The notes: a model not told the origin generated them from the sequence alone. A DNA stretch of 64,000 nucleotides from Candidatus Omnitrophota bacterium (GCA_018813285.1 JAHJBY010000033.1:3723-67722), one strand, 5' to 3'. Shown: positions 28,476 through 38,791, counted from the first letter of the stretch. Numbers and translations are program-made.

Positions 28476-29825
28476 CTAATTTTCGTTTTTAGGGAAAAAT
28501 TTTTCGATGTAATGCGTCGATATTTTTCCATTTTTAAAATCGGAATCCATCAATATTTTACGATGAAAATCAACCGTGGTCTTTATCGGCGCGGCTACAA
28601 ACTCGTCGAGAGCCCGGAGCATTATCCTTATTGCCTCTTCACGTGTCGGAGCGTGGGATATAAGTTTCGCTATCATCGAGTCATAGAACGGAGGAATTGT
28701 ATACCCCGAGTACACATGCGTGTCAACCCGTATACCTCTTCCTCCTGGGACATATAGAGATTCTATCTTGCCCGGACATGGGCAAAAATCATTTTCCGGA
28801 TCTTCCGCGTTGATGCGGCATTCGATCGCGCACCCTTCAAACCGGATATCTTTCTGTTTATAGGGTAATTTCTGTCCCGCGGCTATCTTTATCTGCGCCT
28901 GGACCAGATCTATGCCTGTCACCATTTCCGTTACCGGGTGTTCTACTTGTATGCGCGTGTTCATTTCCATAAAATAAAATTTTTCTCCTTTAACCAGAAA
29001 CTCCACAGTTCCCGCTCCCCGATACCCTACCGTTTCCGCGCAATGGACGGCAGCTTCTGCCATCTTCTTTCTCATTCCCCCGGTGATCGCGATCGACGGG
29101 GATTCCTCTATTAACTTCTGGTGACGCCGCTGAATGGTGCAATCCCTTTCTCCAAGATGGACCACGCCTCCGGCGCCATCGGCGAGTATCTGAAACTCGA
29201 CATGCCGGGGGCTATCAACGTATTTTTCCATGTAAACCGCTGAGCTGCCAAACGCGGCTTCCGCCTCGCTTTGCGCGGTCATGAACGCCCCTATGAGACG
29301 CACATCGTTGTGGCAAACACGCATTCCCTTGCCGCCTCCACCAGCCGAAGCTTTTATAATGACCGGGTAACCGATCTTTTTTGCTTCCGTGAGCGCCGCT
29401 TCTTTCGACTCGATAAGCCCCTTGCTTCCAGGTATAACGGGTATCCCTGCCTTCACCATTCGTTCCTTCGCGGTCATTTTATCGCCCATGAGGCGGATGT
29501 TTTCCGGTGTCGGTCCGATGAAAACTATGTTGCAGGACTCGCATATCTCGGCAAAATGGGCGTCCTCGGCCAAAAAACCATAACCGGGATGAATTGCCTC
29601 GACGTCTGTTATCTCCGCGGCGCTTATCAGATTCGGGATGTTCAGATAGCTGCTGCTCGCCATTGCCTTGCCGATACAAACCGCCTCATCGGCAAACCGC
29701 GTGTGCAAAGAACTCTCATCCGCTTCGGAATGAACGGCCACTGTCCGTATGCCCAATTCCCGGCATGCCCGGATTATCCTTAGCGCGATCTCTCCCCTGT
29801 TAGCTATTAGTATCTTTCGGAACAT
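28476..29825 (-). CDS. accC: Acetyl-CoA carboxylase biotin carboxylase
   Basis: [36 protein letters not shown]. Confidence 0.97.
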   Translation of the reverse strand: MFRKILIANRGEIALRIIRACRELGIRTVAVHSEADESSLHTRFADEAVCIGKAMASSSYLNIPNLISAAEITDVEAIHPGYGFLAEDAHFAEICESCNIVFIGPTPENIRLMGDKMTAKERMVKAGIPVIPGSKGLIESKEAALTEAKKIGYPVIIKASAGGGGKGMRVCHNDVRLIGAFMTAQSEAEAAFGSSAVYMEKYVDSPRHVEFQILADGAGGVVHLGERDCTIQRRHQKLIEESPSIAITGGMRKKMAEAAVHCAETVGYRGAGTVEFLVKGEKFYFMEMNTRIQVEHPVTEMVTGIDLVQAQIKIAAGQKLPYKQKDIRFEGCAIECRINAEDPENDFCPCPGKIESLYVPGGRGIRVDTHVYSGYTIPPFYDSMIAKLISHAPTREEAIRIMLRALDEFVAAPIKTTVDFHRKILMDSDFKNGKISTHYIEKFFPKNEN

Positions 29826-29847
29826 GGTAACCTTTCGTCACGAGACA

Positions 29848-30300
29848 TTACGCCGGTTCGACCAAAAAGATCGTCTGTCCAAATTCTACCGCTTCGGCAT
29901 TCCCTACAGAAATACTCGCTATTTTTCCGTCAACTTCGGATTTCACTTCGTTCATCAGTTTCATCGCTTCGACAATGCACAGCACATCCCCTTTGCGCAC
30001 CATGTCCCCAATCTGAACATAGGGGCTGTCGTCCGGTGCGGCCGATCGGTAAAACGTGCCAACCATCGGGGATTTCACCTCGATCAGGTTGCTTTTTTCG
30101 TCGGCCGGTTTCTGACCAGCATCCGCGGATGCCGCCAAGACCTCCCGCGCCGCCGGCATGACCGGGGCCATCTGATATTCCACACCTCCGGCAGGCTTCT
30201 TTATGAGCCTTATCCTGGTACCTTCTGTCTCTATTTCGATCTCTGAAAGATCGTTATCCGCCATCAACTGTATCAGTTCCTGTATCTTTTTGATATTCAT
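29848..30300 (-). CDS. accB: Biotin carboxyl carrier protein
   Basis: SPMVGTFY, EAMKLMN. Confidence 0.96.
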   Translation of the reverse strand: MNIKKIQELIQLMADNDLSEIEIETEGTRIRLIKKPAGGVEYQMAPVMPAAREVLAASADAGQKPADEKSNLIEVKSPMVGTFYRSAAPDDSPYVQIGDMVRKGDVLCIVEAMKLMNEVKSEVDGKIASISVGNAEAVEFGQTIFLVEPA

Positions 30301-30346
30301 AAGACTCCCTATCATGTTATTCGCTTTTTCCGCGATTTCCCGGCGC

Positions 30347-30904
30347 CTACGCTCTTTCTATGTATTCTCCCGTCCTGGTATCTATCTTCACAAGTTCGCC
30401 TTCCGCAACGAACAGCGGCACCTTTATGATCTTACCAGTTTCGAGAGTCGCCGATTTAGTGGCGCCGGATACGGTGTTTCCGCGAGCGCCGGGTTCGGTT
30501 CGAATGATCTTCATAGTTACATGCACAGGGGGAGTTACCGTCAGTATCTCCCCGTTAAAAACATTGGCGGTAATGGTCATATTGTCTTTCAAGTAATCGG
30601 CTACCTGTCCCATCTTTTCGGCGGGTATATGCGTCTGTTCGAACGTAGTCTCGTCCATAAAACAGTATCCCATATCGTCCTTGTAGAGAAACTGTATCTG
30701 CTGTTGCTCGATGTATACCTGTTCAAAGGTGTCGTCGGGTCTTAATGTCTCGGAAATTATCGATCCCGTCGCTACGTTCCTTAACTTGGCCCGGACAAAA
30801 GCCCCTCCCTTGCCGGGTTTATAGTGCCCGGCCGCAACAACCTCGTGAAGTTGGTTATTATACTTAATGATGGTTCCCTGCCGAAGCTGTTTCGCGCTTA
30901 TCAT
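30347..30904 (-). CDS. efp: Elongation factor P
   Basis: KPGKGGAF, KVPLFV..GE..KIDTRTGEY. Confidence 0.96.
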   Translation of the reverse strand: MISAKQLRQGTIIKYNNQLHEVVAAGHYKPGKGGAFVRAKLRNVATGSIISETLRPDDTFEQVYIEQQQIQFLYKDDMGYCFMDETTFEQTHIPAEKMGQVADYLKDNMTITANVFNGEILTVTPPVHVTMKIIRTEPGARGNTVSGATKSATLETGKIIKVPLFVAEGELVKIDTRTGEYIERA

Positions 30905-31950
30905 CTCGTCAACACCTCAGATCCTTTCGAAGTTATGAGCAATGTGTCTTCCTTCCTTATGCCGCCCAATCCCGGGATATACAAGCCCGGTTCAATCGTT
31001 ACTACCATGCCTTTTTTCAGCCTAACCGTCGACTCGATCCTAAGAAACGGCGGCTCGTGAATATCCAATCCCACACCATGACCAAGCCCATGATATATGT
31101 ATTTGCCCAATCCGGCGGCGACAAAGGCCTCTTGCGCGCGTTTTGCCAGGGATCCGGCTTTTACCCCGGGCGCGGCGCGGCGGATCGCGTCGTCATGAAC
31201 AAGATCGACGCATTTCCGCAGCTCCCGGATTTTGCGATTCATTCTACCCTTCACCCATATTCTTGTCAAGTCCGAACAATAACCGCGTTTGCGCACCCCA
31301 AAATCGAGGAGAGCATGTTCGCCGGCCCTGAGGCGGCGATCCGTCGGGACGGCATGCGGATCCTGAGTATTTACGCCCACAGCGGCTATTGTGGGGAAAG
31401 ATAATGCCGACCCCCTGCCCCGTATATTCGCGTCGATCATCACCGCGATCTCCCGTTCGGTAACGCCCGGTAAGATCTTTCCCCGTACATCACGCCATAT
31501 TTTTGCGGTTTCCCTGCCGGCGGCGCGAAGCACCGCTATTTCTCCGTCATCTTTTAAGACACGCATCGTATTAATGACATCCGGGGCCTGTACAGCTTTC
31601 CATTTCCTATTCGAGCGGAACAAGCTACAATATACAGAAACCGTTATGTCTTCCCTGTATATGCCCACTTTGCGGATCCGCCTCTTTCGGAAATACGCAG
31701 AGAGGTCTTTTAGCACGCGTCCGGCAGTAACATGAATACCCGTCCCTTCGAGCTCTCGGCGCGCGAGATTTTCGTTCATGCGGTCAATAAAATAAACGGG
31801 CGCTTCTTGAACCGAAACAAACAGCATGGCGCCTTCCGAAAAGAATCCGGTGAGGTACTCAATGTCATGACGTTTACTGACAACGACCCCATCAATTCCG
31901 GATCTCGCGACAGCGATAGAGACTTTTTTCAGGCGATCTTTGTATGTCAT
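30901..31950 (-). CDS. Xaa-Pro aminopeptidase (M24)
   Basis: GYCSDLTR, HGLGHGVGLDIHE, TIEPGLY, GIRKED. Confidence 0.92.
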   Translation of the reverse strand: MTYKDRLKKVSIAVARSGIDGVVVSKRHDIEYLTGFFSEGAMLFVSVQEAPVYFIDRMNENLARRELEGTGIHVTAGRVLKDLSAYFRKRRIRKVGIYREDITVSVYCSLFRSNRKWKAVQAPDVINTMRVLKDDGEIAVLRAAGRETAKIWRDVRGKILPGVTEREIAVMIDANIRGRGSALSFPTIAAVGVNTQDPHAVPTDRRLRAGEHALLDFGVRKRGYCSDLTRIWVKGRMNRKIRELRKCVDLVHDDAIRRAAPGVKAGSLAKRAQEAFVAAGLGKYIYHGLGHGVGLDIHEPPFLRIESTVRLKKGMVVTIEPGLYIPGLGGIRKEDTLLITSKGSEVLTR

Positions 31951-31967
31951 ATCTGGATGTGCCGCGT

Positions 31968-32417
31968 TTACCTCGCGGCGTCCTTCCGATTCGCGATTAT
32001 CGACAAGAGGCCTTTCAGTCCGAGACAATAACTGTTTCGTCCGAAACCGCTGATCTCGCCGGCGGCAACCGGCGCAATAAGCGACTTGTGCCTGAACTCC
32101 TCTCTCGCGTAGATGTTAGAAAGATGTACCTCGACAACCGGAACATTTTTCGCGCTTACCGCGTCTCTTATTGCCACACTGGTGTGAGTGTATGCCGCGG
32201 GGTTTATCAATATCCCATCGGCTCGGGAATCCCTGATCTTGTCCACGATATCGCCTTCGTGGTTTGATTGATAAAACTCGCAATCGGCGCCCTCTTCCCC
32301 TGCCACCCGCGATATCTCACCATTAATGTCCTCGATCGTATCGGTCCCATAGATATCGTTCTCCCTGGCTCCCAGAAGATCAAGATTAGGCCCGTGTATC
32401 ACCAATAGTCTGGTCAT
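31968..32417 (-). CDS. aroQ: Type II 3-dehydroquinate dehydratase
   Basis: HGPNL.LLG.RE..IYG, NPAAYTHTS, EVHLSN. Confidence 0.95.
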   Translation of the reverse strand: MTRLLVIHGPNLDLLGARENDIYGTDTIEDINGEISRVAGEEGADCEFYQSNHEGDIVDKIRDSRADGILINPAAYTHTSVAIRDAVSAKNVPVVEVHLSNIYAREEFRHKSLIAPVAAGEISGFGRNSYCLGLKGLLSIIANRKDAAR

Positions 32418-32421
32418 CGTA

Positions 32422-33372
32422 TCATCTCCTTTTTTTGAAAATTGTCCAGTGCAGGTAAATAATGCCGCCTGCAAAGCTGATAAAAAAAAGACCGAAAAGA
32501 AGAAGAAGACTGACGGCAAACGCGGAATCCCTCCCCACAATGGGGGAAAAGAACGCGAGTATCGCCCCCTCCCTCACTCCCAGGCCGCCTATTGAAGGTA
32601 TCATGCTGATGAAGGTGACTACCGGCATCACCAGAAAAACGCTCCCCACCCGTATCGAGACTCCCATCGATAAAAAAAACATATACACAGTGATAAAATA
32701 GAGGCTCTGGGAAAACAAGGATATCACGAGGGCCCTCGTCACAACATCCGTCCTGTTGCGGTAATCATACACTATCTTGTACAGCGAATTCAACCGTTCT
32801 CCCGGCTTGCCCATTTTTAACCGGCCGAAGAAACGTTCCATGCGTAAAGAGATCTTTTCATGCGTCATAATAACAAAAAGCGCCACACCCAGCGCCAACA
32901 ATGAAAAAACTATCGGTTTTATGAATGCTATCTGAAACCTTCCGCCGTCAACCACAAGCGCGACTGCCGCAAGGATCAGGAACGAATAGAGCCCTATGAG
33001 CCGGTCCATCATTACACTAGTATACGACCGTATCCGGTCTTCGCTGTTTTTTACGGAAAGATGCGCCTTCACTATATCTCCGCCAACAGCGGTAGGCATG
33101 AAATTATTGAAAAAATAGCCCAGATATGTCAACTGCATCGACTCCTTAAAGCTGATGTAAAGGTTCTCACCATGAAACACAGTTTTCATGCGATATGCCA
33201 TCGCCGCCGAGTTGCAGACAAAAACCCCCAGCGCGACGATAATATACCGTTTATCACAGAATGCGATAGTCTCCAGGATGCTTTTCGCGTCCTTCCTCAT
33301 GAACCATATCAGACCGCCAAGCAAACCAAAACTCACAATTATTCTTAAAGCTAATAAGCCCTTTTTCTTCAA
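32422..33372 (-). CDS. Lysylphosphatidylglycerol synthase TM/flippase-like protein (UPF0104)
   Basis: FFNNFMPTAVGGD, DRLIG, PSIGGLGVRE. Confidence 0.85.
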   Translation of the reverse strand: MKKKGLLALRIIVSFGLLGGLIWFMRKDAKSILETIAFCDKRYIIVALGVFVCNSAAMAYRMKTVFHGENLYISFKESMQLTYLGYFFNNFMPTAVGGDIVKAHLSVKNSEDRIRSYTSVMMDRLIGLYSFLILAAVALVVDGGRFQIAFIKPIVFSLLALGVALFVIMTHEKISLRMERFFGRLKMGKPGERLNSLYKIVYDYRNRTDVVTRALVISLFSQSLYFITVYMFFLSMGVSIRVGSVFLVMPVVTFISMIPSIGGLGVREGAILAFFSPIVGRDSAFAVSLLLLFGLFFISFAGGIIYLHWTIFKKRR

Positions 33373-33386
33373 CCGCGCTCCTTGTT

Positions 33387-34193
33387 TTACCCCGTCAACG
33401 TATGAAACCACAACTTGCGTTTCAGTTCTTTCATGCACTCGCGGGCCGCATCTTCGCCCCGCGCCATAATGTACCGCGCGCGGTCGAAATCGAACTGATG
33501 TATATTCTTGAGCTCGGGTTTTATCACAACATTCGCTATCCCGGCCTGATATTCATTGAGTTCCTCGCCCATTATTTGAATGGATTGGACCAACGCCTTA
33601 AAAACGTTATCGATCTTTTCGTCCGATATGGAAAAACCCGGGTTGGTTGCCACAACAAAGGTCGCGCCCATCGCGTACGCGGCCTTTGTCGGAACGGAAT
33701 TGCGTATTCCGCCATCGGCAAGCAATCTCCCATCGATCTCGGTCGATGAGAAAAAACCCGGCCACGAACAACTCGCCCGGACAATCCGTACGAGATTTCC
33801 GGACGTATGCACTAACTCCTCACCCGTCTCGATATCCGTGGTGGTCACCGCGAACGGTATCTGAAAGTCATTAAATCCCTTTCCATCCAACATCTTCGAT
33901 ATGATCTTCTCAAGTTTTTCGCCTTTCAAAAGCCCTGTCGAGTTTAACGAAAAATCCACAAGCCGCGATGAGCTAACCTTAAGAGCCGCGTCCTCAATGT
34001 CCTGAACCGGCACGCCCAGACAGTACGCCGCGCCCACCAGGCCGCCGATACTGCTGCCTACCATCATGTCAAACGGCATCTTCTCTTTTCCGAAATTCTT
34101 CTCAAGTTCTTTAAGAATGCCCACATTAGAGAGCCCGCGAGCGGCACCACCCCCGAGCGAGAGCGCTATCATCCTTTTTTTTAGCATCCTCAT
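33387..34193 (-). CDS. Patatin-like phospholipase
   Basis: GGGAARG, GSSIG, DGG. Confidence 0.92.
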   Translation of the reverse strand: MRMLKKRMIALSLGGGAARGLSNVGILKELEKNFGKEKMPFDMMVGSSIGGLVGAAYCLGVPVQDIEDAALKVSSSRLVDFSLNSTGLLKGEKLEKIISKMLDGKGFNDFQIPFAVTTTDIETGEELVHTSGNLVRIVRASCSWPGFFSSTEIDGRLLADGGIRNSVPTKAAYAMGATFVVATNPGFSISDEKIDNVFKALVQSIQIMGEELNEYQAGIANVVIKPELKNIHQFDFDRARYIMARGEDAARECMKELKRKLWFHTLTG

Positions 34194-34214
34194 AAAAACC
34201 CCCCTTTAGAGGCA

Positions 34215-34345
34215 TCTTGTCGTTTCGCGTTTCGCGTCTTGCGTTTCGCGCCAATACACAACGCATAACGCCGGACACACAACGCAGGACGAGATGTCGT
34301 TTCGCGTCTGACCTTTCAATCTGTGGACCGTGGACTATTGGCTAT
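34215..34345. repeat. Module Y + inverted module X
   Basis: acacaacgcataacgccggacacacaacgcaggacgagatgtcg; cctttcaatctgtggac. Confidence 0.85.
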
Positions 34346-35145
34346 TAGCTCACAACAATACCCGCGTAACCAACGACGTCGGAACAGTCCCCTGTCACCT
34401 CGCCGCTGTCGGCATATTCAACTAACTCGGCCCGGCCCGCTCCTAATTCCCTCGCGGCGGCCAGCATCACCGTTACGGGAAGAACCCCGCACATCGATAT
34501 GCCTTCATCCCTAACAATGTTGAAAAGCCCTTCAGCGTCCAGTTCCAGCATCTTTTCTATCGCCTGCCGATCCTTCACTCCCGCGGCCTCCCGCGATTCG
34601 TAATGTGTCATATCGCTTGACGCGATAATCATGACTTTTTTTCCGGCATCCTTGACGGACATAGCGACCGCGCGCGCGGCATCAAACAATTCGGAATAGA
34701 TCCACCGCTGGACCGTTATGGGGACTATCAATGATCCGGGAGACGTCTTCTGCAGGAACGGAAGCTGAACTTCGATCGAATGTTCACCAACATGTCCCGC
34801 ACGATCCACCCGAAAAAGCTCCGAATTACCTAACAACAACTCAACAAGACCGATATCAACGTTTATATCCCCCAACGGTGTGTGCCACGGCTCGTCACTC
34901 AAGGCAAAAGGCAATCCCAAACCGGTATGGCTCGGTCCCAGGATGATATATGTATCCTTTCGCTCCAACCGGGCATAAACTTTGCCCGCTATTCCCCCCG
35001 AGCACATATACCCCGCATGCGGCACCACCGCGCCGATCGCGTCCACTTTATCAACATCCCGCGGTATCATCGCGTAAAGATCCCTTTCAAGAGACCTCCG
35101 GTCTCCCGGATAGAAGCGCCCCGCGACAACCGGTTTTCTGCTCAT
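34345..35145 (-). CDS. AmmeMemoRadiSam system protein B (MEMO1 family)
   Basis: RKPVVAGRFYP, PHAGY, EHSIEVQLPFLQ, SSDMTHY, SMCG, VVGYAG. Confidence 0.93.
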   Translation of the reverse strand: MSRKPVVAGRFYPGDRRSLERDLYAMIPRDVDKVDAIGAVVPHAGYMCSGGIAGKVYARLERKDTYIILGPSHTGLGLPFALSDEPWHTPLGDINVDIGLVELLLGNSELFRVDRAGHVGEHSIEVQLPFLQKTSPGSLIVPITVQRWIYSELFDAARAVAMSVKDAGKKVMIIASSDMTHYESREAAGVKDRQAIEKMLELDAEGLFNIVRDEGISMCGVLPVTVMLAAARELGAGRAELVEYADSGEVTGDCSDVVGYAGIVVS

Positions 35146-35199
35146 CACTACCCCCTGACATTTAATTATAATACAATCGTCCGATTTTGCAAGGGGCCT

Positions 35200-35392
35200 C
35201 ACGCCGCGCACCGCAAAACGAGCAAAACGACATCTCGTCCCGCGTTGTGTGTCCGGCGTTATGCGTTGTGTATTAACGCAAACCGCGAAACGCAAGACGC
35301 GAGACGCAAAACGACATCTCGTCCCGCGTTGTGTGTCCGGCGTTATGCGTTGTGCATTGGCGCGAAACGCAAGACGCGAAACGACATGGCGC
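35200..35392. repeat. Two tandem module Y copies between divergent promoters
   Basis: aacgacatctcgtcccgcgttgtgtgtccggcgttatgcgttgtg x2 with acgcgaa/acgcaag heptamers. Confidence 0.9.
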
Positions 35393-35432
35393 GCTTGCAA
35401 TAACACATATTTTGTGATACATTCGGTGCGTC

Positions 35433-35699
35433 ATGAAAAAGATTTACTGGATAATTTTGCCGGCGGTGGTTTTCTTTGCGGGGTTCATGGCGATCTGTGA
35501 GCTTTTTGATTCCAAATTCGCAAACCTCACTATAGATTGGTTCGCGTTCTTCGCGGGGATATTTCTGGTCGCCGAAGGACTCTACAAGATACTGACATCA
35601 AAAACAGCCACACCCTTCAATCAGTTCCTCAGGTTCATACGCGTAGCGATCGGCACCTGTGTTTTCACCGTACATCTTCTGCAATTTACGCGTCTGTAG
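35433..35699 (+). CDS. Small integral membrane protein
   Basis: Three hydrophobic segments; TTGCAA-17-TACATT promoter upstream. Confidence 0.65.
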   Translation: MKKIYWIILPAVVFFAGFMAICELFDSKFANLTIDWFAFFAGIFLVAEGLYKILTSKTATPFNQFLRFIRVAIGTCVFTVHLLQFTRL

Positions 35700-35760
35700 G
35701 CTGAAGGCTGATAGCTCTATTCCCTTGCCTTCCGGCGCTTTCCATGATAACTTTGTAGCC

Positions 35761-37641
35761 ATGGAAAGACGCGCGACTTTCATGGTCATCCTTCTTATCT
35801 TTACCGCGGTGGTTGTCTGCTACGGCAACACATTGACCGCGGGGTTTATTTGGGATGATCAATTTTTGATCGGCAGGAACCCTATTATCCGCGCCCCGCT
35901 TTTGTCCTTTTACATTTTTAAACAGGATATCGTCAACTCCAGCGGCACCTTTACGATCTATTACCGGCCCCTTCAAATGCTTAGTTACGCGATCGATTAT
36001 CGCGTATGGGGGATGAACCCCTTTGGTTTTCACTTGACAAATGTCCTGCTGCATTTCCTGAACGCGGTTTGCGCGTTTTTTCTTACAAAAAAACTCACCA
36101 AACGCGGTCCGATCGCGCTTCTTGCCGCCGTTTTTTTTGCCATTCACCCGGCGCATGCCGGCGCCGTCTCATACGTTTCCGGGCGGGCTGATCTCCTGTT
36201 ATTCCTCGCCGCGTTTTTGTCGATATTGTGTTTTGTTTTGTTTCGCGAGCGAAAGTCTCCCGTGTATCTGGCGGGGAGCACCGTGTTTTTCGCGGCCGCT
36301 CTTTTGAGTAAAGAAATAGCGATGATCATTCCCGTACTTATACTGTTAACGGACGTCATGCTATCGCGCGATCCGCGCGAAGATAATTTATGGTGCCATA
36401 TACCGAATTTTTTTCTGGTTGCCTGTTATGCCGCACTGCATCATTGTGTTTTTGGAAGCAGGTACGGCGTCCTTATGGATTATCCGTCTTTTTCCCGAAA
36501 CATCGTTAGCTGCCTGAGAATGATGAAAGAATTTTTTGGCCTCGGGATCATTCCGTTGGGTTCGTATATGCGGCGCAGCGCGAACGGCGCGGAAAACATC
36601 CTCCCGTTCTATATCGCGACAGGTGCCGCTATAATCATTTTGGCCCGTTACCTTAAGGACAGCCGGAAACAGATCGCTTATTCCCTTATGTTCTTCACGA
36701 CGGCCCTCCTTCCCCTCTTTTTTGTCATGCGATATTTTCAGGTATTTGCCGAACACTGGATGTACATGGCGTCTTACGGCCTGTTCTTTTTTGAGGCGTT
36801 AGTGCTTATCGGCCTGTATCGGCAAAGCGGAAAATTCGGCAGAGTCCTTGCCGTCAGCCTGATCATCACCGGCGTGTGCGCCTTTTCTGCCTGCACCATT
36901 CATCAAAACCGATACTGGCGGGAAGACTGCTCTTTAAGTGACCGGATTCTTGAGTACTCCGAAAATGACAGAGCCGCGCTGCATTACAAGGCTGTTTCGA
37001 CCTTCCAGAAAGGACAGGAACAACAGGCGCTTGATATCGCGGCACGCTACGCCGGATCTAACCGGCATGACCCGATGCCCTGGTACACAAAGGGCCGTCT
37101 GGAATTCGCCGCCGGCAACGTCAAAACGGCCCTCTCTGATTTTCAAACCGCTGTCGGGATCGACCCTTCGTACGCCAACGGTTACCTCGGCATGGCCTTT
37201 GTAGCTTTCGCACAGAAAAACACGGAAAAAGGCATCGATCATCTTAAAGAAGCCCTCCGGATAAACCCGTCACACAGAGAGGCGCTTATGCTTCTCGCCG
37301 CGACATATCTCAGTACGGAAGACTATCAGAAAGCGGCGGAAACTGCGAAAGACGCGAAGAAAGTGAACCCGTACGGCTACAACGTCCTTCTGAACCTTGG
37401 GACCGCCTACACCAGGCTCGGAAAAACGCAGGAAGGCGCCTGTCAATATCTGGAAGCCGTACGACTTTACCCTGAAAAAACCGTCGCCTATTACAACCTC
37501 GCGTATCTCTTTCATGAAAGCGAAATGAATACCGAAGCGCTTGACTATCTAGAGAAGGCGCTGAAAAACGATCCGAATTTCTCGCCGGCCATCGAGCTGC
37601 TCCATAAAATACGCGGTCAGGGGATAGAGGCAAGAGGCTAG
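35761..37641 (+). CDS. TMTC-like GT-C glycosyltransferase with C-terminal TPRs
   Basis: FIWDD, YYRPL, GFHLTNVLLH, FAIHP, LLSKE; multiple TPRs. Confidence 0.8.
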   Translation: MERRATFMVILLIFTAVVVCYGNTLTAGFIWDDQFLIGRNPIIRAPLLSFYIFKQDIVNSSGTFTIYYRPLQMLSYAIDYRVWGMNPFGFHLTNVLLHFLNAVCAFFLTKKLTKRGPIALLAAVFFAIHPAHAGAVSYVSGRADLLLFLAAFLSILCFVLFRERKSPVYLAGSTVFFAAALLSKEIAMIIPVLILLTDVMLSRDPREDNLWCHIPNFFLVACYAALHHCVFGSRYGVLMDYPSFSRNIVSCLRMMKEFFGLGIIPLGSYMRRSANGAENILPFYIATGAAIIILARYLKDSRKQIAYSLMFFTTALLPLFFVMRYFQVFAEHWMYMASYGLFFFEALVLIGLYRQSGKFGRVLAVSLIITGVCAFSACTIHQNRYWREDCSLSDRILEYSENDRAALHYKAVSTFQKGQEQQALDIAARYAGSNRHDPMPWYTKGRLEFAAGNVKTALSDFQTAVGIDPSYANGYLGMAFVAFAQKNTEKGIDHLKEALRINPSHREALMLLAATYLSTEDYQKAAETAKDAKKVNPYGYNVLLNLGTAYTRLGKTQEGACQYLEAVRLYPEKTVAYYNLAYLFHESEMNTEALDYLEKALKNDPNFSPAIELLHKIRGQGIEARG

Positions 37642-37857
37642 AGGCAAGGGGCAAAAAAGGCACAAAGGCACAGAGGCACAGAGGCACATGGGCATCGTCC
37701 ACGGTCAACGGTCGATAGTCCACAGATTGAAAGGCTATAGGCGAGACGCGAAACGCAAAACGACATCTCGTCCCGCGTTGTGTGTCCGGCGTTATGCGTT
37801 GTGTATTGACGCGAAACGCAAGACGCGAAACGCAAAACGACAAGGGTCAAGGGTCAA
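37626..37857. repeat. Composite mosaic: ggcaaga and ggcacaga arrays, module X, module Y, caagggt
   Basis: Module X 37704-37734; module Y ~37741-37842. Confidence 0.88.
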
Positions 37858-38213
37858 AATTGATGATCCGGGAGATCCCCGGTGACCGCGTTCGGACACT
37901 TTGGCACTGAATTTTTATCGCCGATAATATACGTCGTCTGTGGCCCTGCCGGACACTCAGGCTCCCACTGTATATACTCCATCATTACAAGATCAGAGAC
38001 ATCCCCCGCGTCTACCCCCTCATGCAAACGATACAGGTCCTTCGCCCCCGCGATCTGTTTCAGATTATCTATGCACGTGTTGGCCATAACCTTTTCCTTC
38101 GCCTTTATAAGGTTCGGGAGAGCTATAGCCACCACTAAACTTATGATCGCGACAACTATCATGATCTCGACAAACGTAAAACCTCTCTTATTCGACAGTT
38201 TTCTCGGATTCAT
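37854..38213 (-). CDS. Type IV pilin-like protein (second copy)
   Basis: G|FTFVEIMIVV class III signal; Cys3-His pattern. Confidence 0.88.
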   Translation of the reverse strand: MNPRKLSNKRGFTFVEIMIVVAIISLVVAIALPNLIKAKEKVMANTCIDNLKQIAGAKDLYRLHEGVDAGDVSDLVMMEYIQWEPECPAGPQTTYIIGDKNSVPKCPNAVTGDLPDHQF

Positions 38214-38264
38214 TTCTCTCACCCCTTTCACCCCAAGTATGTGCGCCCTGCCGGGCGCACATAC

Positions 38265-38296
38265 AAAAAAGACAGGACATAAAGTCCTGTCTTTTT
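38265..38296 (-). terminator. Rho-independent terminator after first pilin
   Basis: agacaggac-tttat-gtcctgtct followed by U-tract on minus strand. Confidence 0.8.
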
Positions 38297-38319
38297 CTTC
38301 ACGCTCGCTCGATCACAGA

Positions 38320-38670
38320 TCAAAGCGTATGATCTGTAAGCGTCGCAACATTCGGACACGTCGGTGCCGCAGTGCCAGAACCAATAACATAGGTAGTGGT
38401 TGGTCCCGCCGGGCACTCAGGCTCCCGCCTGATATACGCCGTCACAAGATCAGAAACAGCAGTCGCATTCGTACCCTCATCCAGATGATACAGGGTCTTC
38501 GCTCCGTCGATCTGTTTCAGATTGGCTATACACGCGTTGGTCATAGCCTTTTCCCGCGCCTTCACAAAGTTCGGGATAGCTACAGCCGCCAATAAACCTA
38601 TAATTGCGACAACGATCATGATCTCAACAAGCGTAAAACCTCTCTTACCCAACATTTTTCTCAGCTTCAT
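38320..38670 (-). CDS. Type IV pilin (probable major pilin)
   Basis: G|FTLVEIMIVVAII; AGGAGG SD, own promoter and terminator. Confidence 0.9.
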   Translation of the reverse strand: MKLRKMLGKRGFTLVEIMIVVAIIGLLAAVAIPNFVKAREKAMTNACIANLKQIDGAKTLYHLDEGTNATAVSDLVTAYIRREPECPAGPTTTYVIGSGTAAPTCPNVATLTDHTL

Positions 38671-38727
38671 TTTTCTCACCTCCTTTCAAAAAACAGATTT
38701 GAGGGACACTTCCCCCCATACAGAGCA

Positions 38728-38755
38728 AGTATACCACCGTAAGATCCGATTGCAA
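38728..38755 (-). promoter_or_regulatory. sigma70 promoter of pilin
   Basis: TTGCAA-16 bp-TATACT with TG extended -10. Confidence 0.65.
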
Positions 38756-38791
38756 GTCATGTTAAAAGTATAAAAAGCCAGTATCAATAGT

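Noticed and set aside
35200-35392. Possible CRISPR array from recurring module Y
   Set aside because: At most two tandem copies, no unique spacers, dispersed in both orientations, no cas genes
35146-35406. N-terminal extension of the MEMO ORF and ORFs 249..491, 16916..17179, 35249..35500, 37638..37850
   Set aside because: Translations of repeat DNA; the MEMO family start with SD and promoter is at 35145
37854-38670. Silent pilin cassette or DGR-type variation
   Set aside because: Both genes are complete with signal peptides; divergence is not adenine-specific; no reverse transcriptase in window
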